32,000 nt of DNA from Desulfobulbus propionicus DSM 2032 (GTDB lineage Bacteria; Desulfobacterota; Desulfobulbia; Desulfobulbales; Desulfobulbaceae): positions 3,090,001-3,122,000 of the forward strand of contig NC_014972.1 in NCBI RefSeq assembly GCF_000186885.1. The letters are read 5' to 3'. The stretch's first letter is position 1; each line of letters opens with the position of its first letter. A program made the translations under genes and the position numbers. Positions 20,195 to 29,316 of the stretch are shown one piece after another. The notes beneath the pieces were generated by a model. It did not search any database. It saw only the letters and a program-made list of their open reading frames with translations, and was not told the DNA's origin.

Positions 20195-21421
20195 TTACTT
20201 GGTGAACTCGATCACCGCGTCGCAGTACTCTTCCACCGCCTTCTGGATGGCGGCCTTGTCGGCGTCGGTGGGGGCGCCCTGCCACTCGTAGTGGCCCAGC
20301 TTGTCCCAGCCGGACTTTTCGGTCTTGGCCTCGAAATCCTTCTGCGCGCCGCCGACCCACCCGAACGAGCCGAAACGGAACACCTTCTTGTTGGTCACCT
20401 TCTTGACCTGCAGCTCCTCGATCACATGGGCCATGGGCGGGAACATCTTGTACTCGTAGGTGGGCATGCCGAAGATCAGGCCGGCGGATTTCCAGGCACT
20501 GGCCAGGATGTAGCCAATCTCGTCGCCCGGCACCTGGAACACATGCACCGGGATGTTCCGTTTACGCAGGGTCTCGATCACCAGCCCCAGCACCTGCTTG
20601 GTGTTGCCGTACATGGAACTCCACACCACGGTCACCTCGCGCTCGGCCGGCCCTTTGCTGTACTCGGCATAACGTTTGTAGAGATCGATGATCACCGCCG
20701 GATTGTCGCGCCAGATGATGCCGTGCGAAGGGCAGATCACCTTGACGTTCAGACCGCCCAGCTTTTCCAGCCCCTTGAGCACAAAGGGCGAGAAGGTGGC
20801 AACGATGTTGGCGTAGTAACGCAGGGCCTCTTCCTCGAAGAACTTGTGTTTTTCCGAGGAGATCTGATCGTCGAAAATCGCGTTCTCGTCAATGCTGCCG
20901 TAGGAGCCGAAGGCGTCGCAGGAAAAGAGAATCCCCCGCTTGCGCTCGTAGGTCATCATGGTCTCGGGCCAATGGATGTTGGGGGTATCGAAGAACTGCA
21001 GCTCGTAATCGCCCACCGTCAGCACCATGCCGTCGGCGATGGCGATGGCCCGCTCGGCCGGCACCTCGGCAAAGGCCTGGAGCAGCGGAATGGCTTTCTT
21101 GGTGCAGTAGATGACCGCCTTGCTGTTTTGCTTGCAGAACTCGCGCAGCCAGCCCGAATGGTCCGGCTCCATGTGGTTGACGATGAGGATGTCGATATCC
21201 TCGACGCCCAAAGTCGCGCCGCCCAGCTGCTGGGTGATTTCCTGGGGGAAGTTGAAGATATCCTGGGTGAGGTCGATCATGACGTTCTTTTCCGCCTTGA
21301 TCAGGTAGCCGTTGATGGAAATGCCGTGGGGAATCGGCCAGATGCCCTCGAACAGATAGTTTTTGTCCTCGATGTTGACGGAAAGACGATAGATGTCGTC
21401 GACCACTTTCTTGATATGCAT
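20195..21421 (-). CDS. Flavodiiron protein (A-type flavoprotein / rubredoxin:oxygen oxidoreductase family)
   Basis: Metallo-beta-lactamase fold NHMEPDHSGWL and flavodoxin domain VVWSSMYGNTKQVLG..FGSFGWVGG. Confidence 0.93.
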   Translation of the reverse strand: MHIKKVVDDIYRLSVNIEDKNYLFEGIWPIPHGISINGYLIKAEKNVMIDLTQDIFNFPQEITQQLGGATLGVEDIDILIVNHMEPDHSGWLREFCKQNSKAVIYCTKKAIPLLQAFAEVPAERAIAIADGMVLTVGDYELQFFDTPNIHWPETMMTYERKRGILFSCDAFGSYGSIDENAIFDDQISSEKHKFFEEEALRYYANIVATFSPFVLKGLEKLGGLNVKVICPSHGIIWRDNPAVIIDLYKRYAEYSKGPAEREVTVVWSSMYGNTKQVLGLVIETLRKRNIPVHVFQVPGDEIGYILASAWKSAGLIFGMPTYEYKMFPPMAHVIEELQVKKVTNKKVFRFGSFGWVGGAQKDFEAKTEKSGWDKLGHYEWQGAPTDADKAAIQKAVEEYCDAVIEFTK

Positions 21422-21582
21422 TGTTCAGTACTCCGATCGCAAACGTTGGCTGAGGTTCATTCTTCAGGGCGAAGCTTATCGAGGCTCGCCGGAAAGCTTC
21501 GTACCATACGCCGGTTAGGGGAAAATTTCCAGACGCAAAATGGGGCGATGAGCCAAGCGGAAACGCGGCCCGCACGCTGGGG

Positions 21583-21840
21583 TCACGATGGCGGAAACCC
21601 GGAATCGGAGTCCCGAAGGAAGGCGAAACGGGGCTGAAGTTGTCCGTTCACCTCGACCTGTTCATGGAACATGGTTAGGGGACGAACCCACAACCCCGAT
21701 TCGTTGTACAGGGGGCGATAGACAACCAGCGGCTCAAGGGTTTCGCTGTGGCGGGCCACACCCAGCACCTCGTATTCCCCGCCCTTGTAATGACGGTAAC
21801 GCCCCAGGGCTATGGCGGGCAGCGGTGGCAGGTCACTCAT
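21583..21840 (-). CDS. DUF1653-family protein
   Basis: GRYRHYKGGEYEVLGVARHSETLEPLVVYRPLYNESGLWVRPLTMFHEQVEVNG. Confidence 0.9.
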   Translation of the reverse strand: MSDLPPLPAIALGRYRHYKGGEYEVLGVARHSETLEPLVVYRPLYNESGLWVRPLTMFHEQVEVNGQLQPRFAFLRDSDSGFPPS

Positions 21841-21899
21841 GGAGGAACGCTCCGTTGGTTGTTGCGTTGACGCTTCCGAGTGGATGGCCGGCGGTCGCA

Positions 21900-22304
21900 T
21901 CATTCCCAGCCGATGACATCGTACCCTCGTTCCTGCAGGCAGCGGGTCATGAAGTTTTTGAACACAGGGGTCGGCTGCGAGGCCTGAATGATGCCGTGCA
22001 CCAGCCCCGCGGCCGCGCCGGTGGCGGCACCGATACCGATTCCCCGCCCGAGGTTGCCGGTCACCGCGCCCGCCGCACCACCGACCACGGCACCCCCCGC
22101 GCCGCCAACCGCCGTGCTTTTGGCTGCCGCGAGTCCCTCCGGGGATTTAACGTAGCGATCGGCCAGCTCCTCGCATTCCGCCACATCCTGCTGAGCCCGA
22201 GCTTCCCCGACCGACTGGAGATGGGCGTTGGGGTACAACACCGGGCCCTTGGCACTGCAACCCGTGAGCACGGCAACCGCGACTATCAGCATCAGCTTGT
22301 TCAT
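21900..22304 (-). CDS. Glycine-zipper putative lipoprotein
   Basis: Lipobox LTGC (MNKLMLIVAVAVLTGCSAKG) and GGAGGAVVGGAAGAVTGNLGRGIGIGAATGAAAG. Confidence 0.8.
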   Translation of the reverse strand: MNKLMLIVAVAVLTGCSAKGPVLYPNAHLQSVGEARAQQDVAECEELADRYVKSPEGLAAAKSTAVGGAGGAVVGGAAGAVTGNLGRGIGIGAATGAAAGLVHGIIQASQPTPVFKNFMTRCLQERGYDVIGWE

Positions 22305-22837
22305 CTCTCCGACCTCCTCATGGTGTTTTCGCTTGTCTGTTCATCATCCCGCAAGACAGATCCCCGAAACCAGGGCCTGACAGCGGGAAACGCAATCACG
22401 CACTTAGGCTTTATTGTATTCGGTGTGGCTGAACGAACAAGAAGAAGGATTCATCCTCAGCGTAAATTTCATGGGAATGCGGCATAAGGATATATGTCAT
22501 GTCCTCGAAATTTCGCCATTCGTCACTTAAAAAGCTTAACAATTTCCCCGACAGAACAATTCCACATTACCGGAATTAATCAAAAATCTTCAATGGCGGC
22601 AAGATTAACACTCAATTTTAAATAAATACATCAAGTGCACCTCAATAATTCTCACCAATTATTCCTAAAAATCGGAATAATTGTTTCTTTGCAGATTCAA
22701 CCACAAGAAACACACAACTTGAATTCAATCTGTACATTCAATAAGTTGAAAATTTACCAATTCGCAATAAAAAAACGGAACGCCTGTTGCAGGCGATTAC
22801 TTGATTGTTTTTTATCAATATTTTCCAGGAGGATATA

Positions 22838-23440
22838 ATGAAAAAAGTATTTTTGGCAATGGCATGCGCAACCATGGTAAGCTGGGCGGGGTCCGCCTCC
22901 GCTGATGATTATGATTTTTCAGGGACCATGATGTACCACAACAGCGTGCTAACGTATTCGTTTACCACAGATACCGATACCACAGTAACATTGTTCAGCT
23001 CTTCATGGGATGACGGAGGATTCGACCCCATGCTGGGATTGTGGGATAGTGACGGGGATTTAATTTATTTTCAGGATGATGGCCACAACACAGGATCGAC
23101 TGTGTCGAATGGGTCTGCTTATGATCATGGGGAGTGGGATTCCTATTACGATGCCGCTGTATCAGCTGGAACATATTTTGTCACTATTACGACCTACGCA
23201 AACTTTAATATGGGACCGCATTTATCCGATGGATTTGATTATGACGATGAGACGCCCATCAATCTTGAGTCTTGGTATGAACCAGCGAATGGGTATAAGC
23301 AAGATTTCTTTGCATTTCATGTTCTGGGTGCGACTTCGGCAAACCAAGTTGACCCGGTACCAGAACCAACTACACTGCTCCTTTTTGGAACCGGTTTAGC
23401 CGGACTGACAGCTCTGAGTCGCAGGCGAGTGAATAGGTAA
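22838..23440 (+). CDS. Secreted PEP-CTERM sorting-domain protein
   Basis: Signal peptide MKKVFLAMACATMVSWAGSASA. C-terminus VPEPTTLLLFGTGLAGLTALSRRRVNR (PEP motif, TM helix, Arg-rich tail). ATG preceded by AGGAGG. Confidence 0.92.
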   Translation: MKKVFLAMACATMVSWAGSASADDYDFSGTMMYHNSVLTYSFTTDTDTTVTLFSSSWDDGGFDPMLGLWDSDGDLIYFQDDGHNTGSTVSNGSAYDHGEWDSYYDAAVSAGTYFVTITTYANFNMGPHLSDGFDYDDETPINLESWYEPANGYKQDFFAFHVLGATSANQVDPVPEPTTLLLFGTGLAGLTALSRRRVNR

Positions 23441-23599
23441 CAGACAATTAACAATTTGTATTTCAGGCGAGGCAAACGGAGCTACTCTTTGCTTACCTGA
23501 ACTCCTTGCAAATGGTAGGGCACGCATATGATGCGTGCCCTACCGTTGATTTCCCTGAGAACCTGCCAATTGCAAACTAGCCAGATAGCTAGTCGACCT

Positions 23600-24090
23600 T
23601 GAAAAAGTCCTTTTTTCAATTTGCCGGAGCAAGTGTCCAAATAGGTCTTCAATCGCTTGATCTCACGACCGGCTCTTCGCCGCTGACGGGCATGGAGATA
23701 TCGGCCGACCTTCAACAGAGCCTGGCGCCGAAGGCGGGAGTAACTCTGCCGAAGACGAATGCTCCACGTCGCTGCCAGCTTGACCAACCGCTCGCGGCTC
23801 CGGTTGTACAACCGCGAATCGGTCGGAAACGCAATGGCCTTTTCCTGCACGGTCGTATCGACGACGACCCGCTCCAAACTGGCTGGCCCCACCGCTCCGC
23901 TCGCCGAGCCTGCCTGCACAGTCAACTTCAAGATCAATTCCGATCCCTGCTCGCCTATTCGATTCCGCCAGCGACTCAACGACGGCGGATCATCGGCAAC
24001 TCATGTCGGAAGTACTCTTCGCCGCAGAAGTTTTGATGGTAGGGATCCTCCACCCACCGCCGTACTGTCTCTTCGTCCGACGTGTCTCCT
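23600..24090 (-). pseudogene. Degenerate IS5-like transposase fragment (truncated, frameshifted)
   Basis: Minus-strand GDTSDEETVRRWVEDPYHQNFCGEEYFRHELP in one frame continues in another as SLSRWRNRIGEQG...ASLERVVVDTTVQEKAIAFPTDSRLYNRSRERLVKLA. Confidence 0.8.
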
Positions 24091-24325
24091 CACCCACTTT
24101 TTTCCAGTTACCCTTTCGGCCATGCGCCGATACCATTGCATTAACTTTACCCCCCCAGAGGATGGCAAGGAAAGCCACGAGGCGTTGCGGCTCGCAAGGT
24201 ATGGCAAGAGGGACGACAGCTGTCTGACTGCATAGATGAAGAGCAGCGTCTAACGACTACCGAAACATTCGGAAGTGAACCTCGTGCCCCAAAAGGCGGA
24301 CCCTGCGGCCGATGCGGGGGAGTCA

Positions 24326-25603
24326 TCAGCCGCAGCCCGTCCCGCCGCCGGCACAGGCGCCTTTTGACGAGCATTTGCGCATCCGGCCCTTCAGGCTGGT
24401 CAAGCCCTTGCCGGTATAGACCGCCTCCAGTCCGCGCTCGATGAAACCGGCCATGGCCACCGGCTGAATGCCCCGTTTCTTGAGCATCTCCCTGGGCGAG
24501 TCGCCCAGATCGTTGACCAGGATGGCCCGGCAGTCGGCGAGGATGCGGCTGATATTGAACCAGCGCTGGATGCCGCCGCCGGCGGGCGGTGCCTGACGGT
24601 CCTCGATGTGGCGGTAGCCGCCCTGGCCGTCCTCGCCCCAGATCTGGAACCGGCTGGCCTCGCCCAGGTGTTGATTGACCAGCACCCCCTCCAGGGTCGC
24701 CACCGCCACATAGGGCCGAGCCGCCTCTTCCGGTTTGGGCAGCTGGGCACAGGCGCTGAGGCACCCACGGAACTCGTCGGTCTTGTCGTGATCCAGAAGG
24801 CCGACCGCATCGGCGCGGCACCGGGTGCAGTGGCGCATCTGCGGCAGGAACTGTTCGGCCGAATCGCGGATGCGCTCCATCATCTCTTTGCCCGGTTCCT
24901 GGATATGCTCAAAGGCGGTGTCCGCATTGGGAAACATGGCCATGCAGTTGAGCAAATCCACGCCCAGCTCCTTCATTGTGGCGGCCAGCACCGGCACATG
25001 GTGATCGTTGATGCCGGGGATGACGATGGTGTTGATCTTGACGGTGATGCCGTGCCGCTTGAGCAGGGCAATCGCCCGCAACTGACGGGCCAGGAGCAGC
25101 TCCGCCCCCTGAAGGCCGCGATACAGCACCTTGCCGTCGCGCACCCAGGCATAGATGTGCTGGCTGATCTCCGGATCGATGGCGTTGACGGTGATGGTCA
25201 CGTGGGAAACGCCGATCTCGGCCAGTTCCGGCACATGCGGCGCCAGGTGCATGCCGTTGGTGGAGAGGCAGAGGATCATCTCCGGATGGTGTGTGCGGAT
25301 CAACCGCATGGTGGCGAGCGTCTCGTCCGGGTTGGCGAACGGATCGCCCGGGCCGGCGATCCCCACCACCGAGATGCGCGGCTCCTTCTCCACCACCTTG
25401 TCCACATAGACCAGGGCCTGCTCGGGACTGAGTAGGGTCGAGGTGACGCCGGGCCGCGACTCGTTGACGCAGTCGAACTTGCGGTTGCAATAGTTGCACT
25501 GGATGTTGCACTTGGGCGCCACCGGCAGATGCACTCGGCCGTACTGGCCCTTGGCCTTGACGTTGAAGCAGGGGTGACGATTCAACTCTTTTTCGTTCAA
25601 CAT
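24326..25603 (-). CDS. nifB: Nitrogenase cofactor biosynthesis radical SAM protein NifB
   Basis: HPCFNVKAKGQYGRVHLPVAPKCNIQCNYCNRKFDCVNESRPGVTS and GIAGPGDPFANPDETLATM. Confidence 0.98.
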   Translation of the reverse strand: MLNEKELNRHPCFNVKAKGQYGRVHLPVAPKCNIQCNYCNRKFDCVNESRPGVTSTLLSPEQALVYVDKVVEKEPRISVVGIAGPGDPFANPDETLATMRLIRTHHPEMILCLSTNGMHLAPHVPELAEIGVSHVTITVNAIDPEISQHIYAWVRDGKVLYRGLQGAELLLARQLRAIALLKRHGITVKINTIVIPGINDHHVPVLAATMKELGVDLLNCMAMFPNADTAFEHIQEPGKEMMERIRDSAEQFLPQMRHCTRCRADAVGLLDHDKTDEFRGCLSACAQLPKPEEAARPYVAVATLEGVLVNQHLGEASRFQIWGEDGQGGYRHIEDRQAPPAGGGIQRWFNISRILADCRAILVNDLGDSPREMLKKRGIQPVAMAGFIERGLEAVYTGKGLTSLKGRMRKCSSKGACAGGGTGCG

Positions 25604-25627
25604 AACGGGTTCCTTTGCCGTACGGGC

Positions 25628-27013
25628 TCACATGTAGAAATAGCCGACTGGGCTATCGTCCTGTTTTTTCTCGATCAGGGCGTTGGTCACGGTGTCGAAC
25701 AGTTGCTGGGCACCGCTGTAACCGAGATGGAGGATGCGCTGGCCGCCGATCCGGTCGTGGATGGGGAAGCCGACCCGGATGAGCGGGATATCGAGTTTCT
25801 TGGCCAGCGGATAACCCTTGGAGTGACCGACCACCAGATCGATATTCATCTGCCCGGCCATCTCGTTGATCTCGTAAAAATCCACGTCTTCAAAGACCTG
25901 GGGCTGTTCAAGCAAGGTGTCGCCAGTGACGGCGGCAATGGCTTCTTTCAGTTTACCCGAGGTGCCGCCCGTGGCGCAGAGCACCGGCTGGATGCCGATC
26001 TCGGCCAGGAAGGCGCACAGGCCGACGACCAGGTCCTCTTCGCCGTAGACCACGGCCCTCTTGCCAAAGACATACTTGTGGCCATCCACATAGGCGTCGA
26101 CCAGGCGACCGCGCTGTTTGACGTACTTCTCGGGGGTCGGCTGACCACTGAGTTCTTCGAGCAGGTTAAAGAAGACATCGGTTTCACGGATGCCGATGGG
26201 CATGCCGATGCGGTGGTGCATGACGCTGAACTTCTCGCGGAGCACATCGCCAGCGGTTGTCATGGCCCCGAGCGTCGTGCCGAACTCGATGGTCGCCTTG
26301 GCCCGTCCCATGGCCTTGATCGCCGCAATCGGCGTGCCGCCACCCTGGATTTTCTCGTATTCGAGCAGGGCCGGACCATCCATGGTCTCGGAGAGATCGG
26401 GGAGCACGGTGGCGTTGAGGCCAAAATCAGCGAGAATCTCATGGAGCAGACGATAATCGGCCGAGCTGACAAAGCCGGGCAGGAGGTTGACCGTCTCGCT
26501 GCGCGGCCCGCCCTCGCTCAACTGGGCCACCACCTCGCGCACCGCGGTCTGGAACCCCTCCATGTGGGTGCCCGAATAGCTGGGGGTGGAGACATTGACA
26601 AAGGTGGGCAGTCCCACCGAACCCTTGGTGTCCTCGGCGTACTGGCGCAGATACATGGCCACGTCGTCGCCGATGGTCTCGGTCAGGCAGGTGGTGGCGA
26701 TGCCGATCAGTTCCGGCCGGTATTTGGCGGCCACATTGGTCAGCCCCAACTTGAGGTTCGGCCCGCCGCCGTAAACCGCATGCTTCTCGGAGAGCGAGGA
26801 AGAGGCGATGTCGATCGGCTCGTTGTAGTGGCTGATGATGTAGCGCCGCATGTAGGTGGCGCATCCCTGGGAGCCGTGCAGGTAGGGCACCGCGCCTTCG
26901 ATGCCCTTGAAGGCCAGGCAGGCGCCGAGCGGTTTGCACAGCTTGCAGGCGTTGGTGGTGGAGAGGTAGTTGGGTTTCTTCGGTTTATTGAAGGTGGGCG
27001 GATTGGTGCTCAT
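25628..27013 (-). CDS. nifN: Nitrogenase iron-molybdenum cofactor biosynthesis protein NifN
   Basis: NACKLCKPLGACLAFKGIEGAVPYLHGSQGCATYMRRYIISHYNEPIDIASSSLSE. Follows nifE closely and precedes nifB. Confidence 0.93.
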   Translation of the reverse strand: MSTNPPTFNKPKKPNYLSTTNACKLCKPLGACLAFKGIEGAVPYLHGSQGCATYMRRYIISHYNEPIDIASSSLSEKHAVYGGGPNLKLGLTNVAAKYRPELIGIATTCLTETIGDDVAMYLRQYAEDTKGSVGLPTFVNVSTPSYSGTHMEGFQTAVREVVAQLSEGGPRSETVNLLPGFVSSADYRLLHEILADFGLNATVLPDLSETMDGPALLEYEKIQGGGTPIAAIKAMGRAKATIEFGTTLGAMTTAGDVLREKFSVMHHRIGMPIGIRETDVFFNLLEELSGQPTPEKYVKQRGRLVDAYVDGHKYVFGKRAVVYGEEDLVVGLCAFLAEIGIQPVLCATGGTSGKLKEAIAAVTGDTLLEQPQVFEDVDFYEINEMAGQMNIDLVVGHSKGYPLAKKLDIPLIRVGFPIHDRIGGQRILHLGYSGAQQLFDTVTNALIEKKQDDSPVGYFYM

Positions 27014-27043
27014 GATGGTCTCCTTGCGCGTTGAAAGCGGAGG

Positions 27044-28402
27044 TCAACGGGTTGATGGGGCGCTTTTCTTGCGCGGGACAAACTGCCAGACCGGGCTCAT
27101 CACCGAGGAATAGACCTCGCGGGCAAAGTTGAGCATGCCCTCGAATCCGGCCAGGGCCTCCTTGCGCTCGTGGTTGTGGTCGCAGAAACCGATGCCCAGC
27201 TTGTAGGCGATGGGCCGCTCCTTGACCCCGCCGACGAACACGTCCACCTCCTTTTCCTTGAGGAAGGTGGTCAGCTCGAGCGGATTGGAGTCGTCGACGA
27301 TGATGGTGCCCGGATCGGTGATCGCCGCCAGTTCGATGTAGTCTTCCTTGGTGCCGGTCTGGGAGCCGACCATCACCACCTGCATGTCGATGAGGCGGAA
27401 GGCCTTGACCAGGGAGAAGGCCTTGAACGAACCGCCGACGTAGATGGCCGCCTTCTTGCCGGCCAGGGCCTGGCGGTAGGGCTCCAGCGCCACGGCCAGC
27501 TGCTTGACCTCCTCCTCGACGATCTTTTTCGTTCGTTCCATCATCTCGGGATCCTTGAAGAAACGGGCGATGTCGTAGAGGGCCTCGGCCATGTCCTCGA
27601 TACCGAAGTAGGAGACGCGAATGGACGGAATCCCGTATTTTTCCTCCATCATGTTGGCCAGCTGCATGGTCGAACCCGAACACTGGACCACGTTGAGGGC
27701 GGCGCCATGGGCCCGCTGGATGTCGGCTACCCGGCCATCGCCGGTGATGTTGGCCACCACCTCGATGCCCATGCGCTGGTAGTAGTCGCGGATCATCCAG
27801 ATCTCGCCGGCGAGGTTGAAGTCGCCGAGGATGTTGAGGGAATAGTTGGAGATACCGGTGGTGTCGCCGGTGCCGATCAGGCGAAAGAGCGCATCGCAGG
27901 CGGCCTGATACCCGGCGCGCTTGTTGCCCTTGAACCCTTCGGACTTGACCGGGATCACCGGGATGCCGTATTCGATGGCCACCTGGCGGCAGACCGCTTC
28001 CAAGTCATCGCCGATGATGCCGACGATGCAGGTCGAATAGACAAAGGCCGCCTTGGGTGAATGGCGCTCGATCAACTCGCGCAGGGCGGCGGCCAGCTTT
28101 TTCTCGCCGCCGAAGATGACGTCCTTCTCCTGCAAGTCAGTGGAAAAGCTCAGGCGATGCAGTTCTGGGCCGGACGACAGGGCGCCGCGGATATCCCAGG
28201 TATAGACCGCGCAGCCGATGGGGCCATGCACCAGGTGCACCGCGTCGGCAATCGGGTAGAGCACCACCCGTGAGCCGCAGAACACGCAGGCCCGCTGACT
28301 GACCGCGCCGGCCAGACTGTCCTTGTTGCAGACGATATCAAACGGCGCCTCGCCTTTGACGAATATCTGCTGTTCCCGTTCCTTGAGCGCCACTGCTTCC
28401 AT
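27044..28402 (-). CDS. nifE: Nitrogenase iron-molybdenum cofactor biosynthesis protein NifE
   Basis: SQRACVFCGSRVVLYPIADAVHLVHGPIGCAVYTWDIRGALSSGPELHRLSFSTDLQEKDVIFGGEKKL. ATG at 28402 chosen over the longer ORF. Confidence 0.95.
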   Translation of the reverse strand: MEAVALKEREQQIFVKGEAPFDIVCNKDSLAGAVSQRACVFCGSRVVLYPIADAVHLVHGPIGCAVYTWDIRGALSSGPELHRLSFSTDLQEKDVIFGGEKKLAAALRELIERHSPKAAFVYSTCIVGIIGDDLEAVCRQVAIEYGIPVIPVKSEGFKGNKRAGYQAACDALFRLIGTGDTTGISNYSLNILGDFNLAGEIWMIRDYYQRMGIEVVANITGDGRVADIQRAHGAALNVVQCSGSTMQLANMMEEKYGIPSIRVSYFGIEDMAEALYDIARFFKDPEMMERTKKIVEEEVKQLAVALEPYRQALAGKKAAIYVGGSFKAFSLVKAFRLIDMQVVMVGSQTGTKEDYIELAAITDPGTIIVDDSNPLELTTFLKEKEVDVFVGGVKERPIAYKLGIGFCDHNHERKEALAGFEGMLNFAREVYSSVMSPVWQFVPRKKSAPSTR

Positions 28403-28447
28403 GATCAATCCCCCTTCACTGGATGACAACTGTCTTGCCCCTTCAAG

Positions 28448-28462
28448 GCAATCCACGTGCCA
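28448..28462 (-). promoter_or_regulatory. Sigma54 (-24/-12) promoter of nifE
   Basis: Minus strand TGGCAC-GTGGA-TTGC, an exact match to TGGCAC-N5-TTGC, about 45 bp upstream of the nifE ATG. Confidence 0.88.
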
Positions 28463-28498
28463 CGGCGGCATTTTTTTAAAAAACGCATAAAACTGGAA

Positions 28499-28514
28499 TG
28501 TTACACAGAAAACA
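28499..28514 (-). promoter_or_regulatory. NifA-type upstream activator sequence (proximal)
   Basis: TGT-TACACAGAAA-ACA (TGT-N10-ACA) upstream of the sigma54 promoter. Confidence 0.65.
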
Positions 28515-28548
28515 CAGGACATTCACCGTACCGGGGCGTCCTGGTTTT

Positions 28549-28564
28549 TGTCGGACGATCAACA
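28549..28564 (-). promoter_or_regulatory. NifA-type upstream activator sequence (distal)
   Basis: TGT-CGGACGATCA-ACA (TGT-N10-ACA), about 110-130 bp upstream of the predicted start site. Confidence 0.65.
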
Positions 28565-28848
28565 AAAATGAAGAGAGAGGACGATTTTGTCAGGCAGCGG
28601 TCTGATCTTTCGTCGAAGAAAGGGGCAGCCGCTGTTGGCCACCTCGCGAGTGCGGGGCGTGAAGGGTTGATTGCCAACGCCTTGGACAGATCAAGCGGAG
28701 ATGAATGGCTAACCAGTTGCAACAAAAGAAAAATCAACGATTGAAAACACTTGACCCAACTGGCGGAGTCTGCCATTGTGGAAAAGCGCCACCGCAAAAG
28801 GCGCCTCCCGGCCCTGCTCAAAACCCACCTCAACCGGAACCCGCTCCC

Positions 28849-29211
28849 ATGGCCAAGAACGTATTGATTGTCGAGGACGAAAAACTGATCGGCCTGATGC
28901 TGGCTGAAAACGTCAAGGAATTGGGCTGCCGGGTGATCGGGGTGGTGACCAACGGTCAGGCGGCGGTGCGGGCGGTGCGCAATGAACGGCCGGATGCGAT
29001 TCTCATGGACATCAGTCTCGACGGCACCGTGGATGGCATCGAGACCGCCCGGATGATCAAGGCCGAAGGGGACATTCCCATCCTCTTCTTCACCGGGTAC
29101 CAGGACCCGGACCTGTTATCGCGGGCCGACGCGGTCAAGCCGGTGGGCATCGTCGACAAGCTCGACACCACCGAAAACATCCGCGAAGCCATCCGCGCGT
29201 TGCTGCGATAA
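28849..29211 (+). CDS. Stand-alone CheY-like response regulator receiver domain
   Basis: NVLIVEDEKLIGLMLAENVKELG, DAILMDISLDGTVDGIETA, ILFFTGY and the conserved Lys in VDKLDTTENI. Confidence 0.9.
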   Translation: MAKNVLIVEDEKLIGLMLAENVKELGCRVIGVVTNGQAAVRAVRNERPDAILMDISLDGTVDGIETARMIKAEGDIPILFFTGYQDPDLLSRADAVKPVGIVDKLDTTENIREAIRALLR

Positions 29212-29316
29212 GCCAACGCCGCGGCCTACCGCCGACACCGTGCTCTTTTCCTGTTTTTCTGCTACGATCGTTTGCATCAATCAGCAAACAACCAAGGCGC
29301 GTGGGGAGGGCAGGCG

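Noticed and set aside
20057-21637. 526-aa plus-strand ORF opposite the flavodiiron gene
   Set aside because: Shadow ORF; the minus-strand flavodiiron protein is clearly the real gene.
22782-22797. Short hairpin CGCCTG-TTG-CAGGCG upstream of the PEP-CTERM gene as a riboswitch
   Set aside because: Only a 6-bp stem-loop with no conserved riboswitch core that I can recognise; too weak to call.
24106-24325. Possible structured RNA between the IS remnant and nifB
   Set aside because: No recognisable conserved motif or convincing long stem; more likely decayed mobile-element DNA plus the nifB 3' flank.
25529-27034. 501-aa plus-strand ORF opposite nifN
   Set aside because: Shadow ORF with no family resemblance; nifN is unambiguous.
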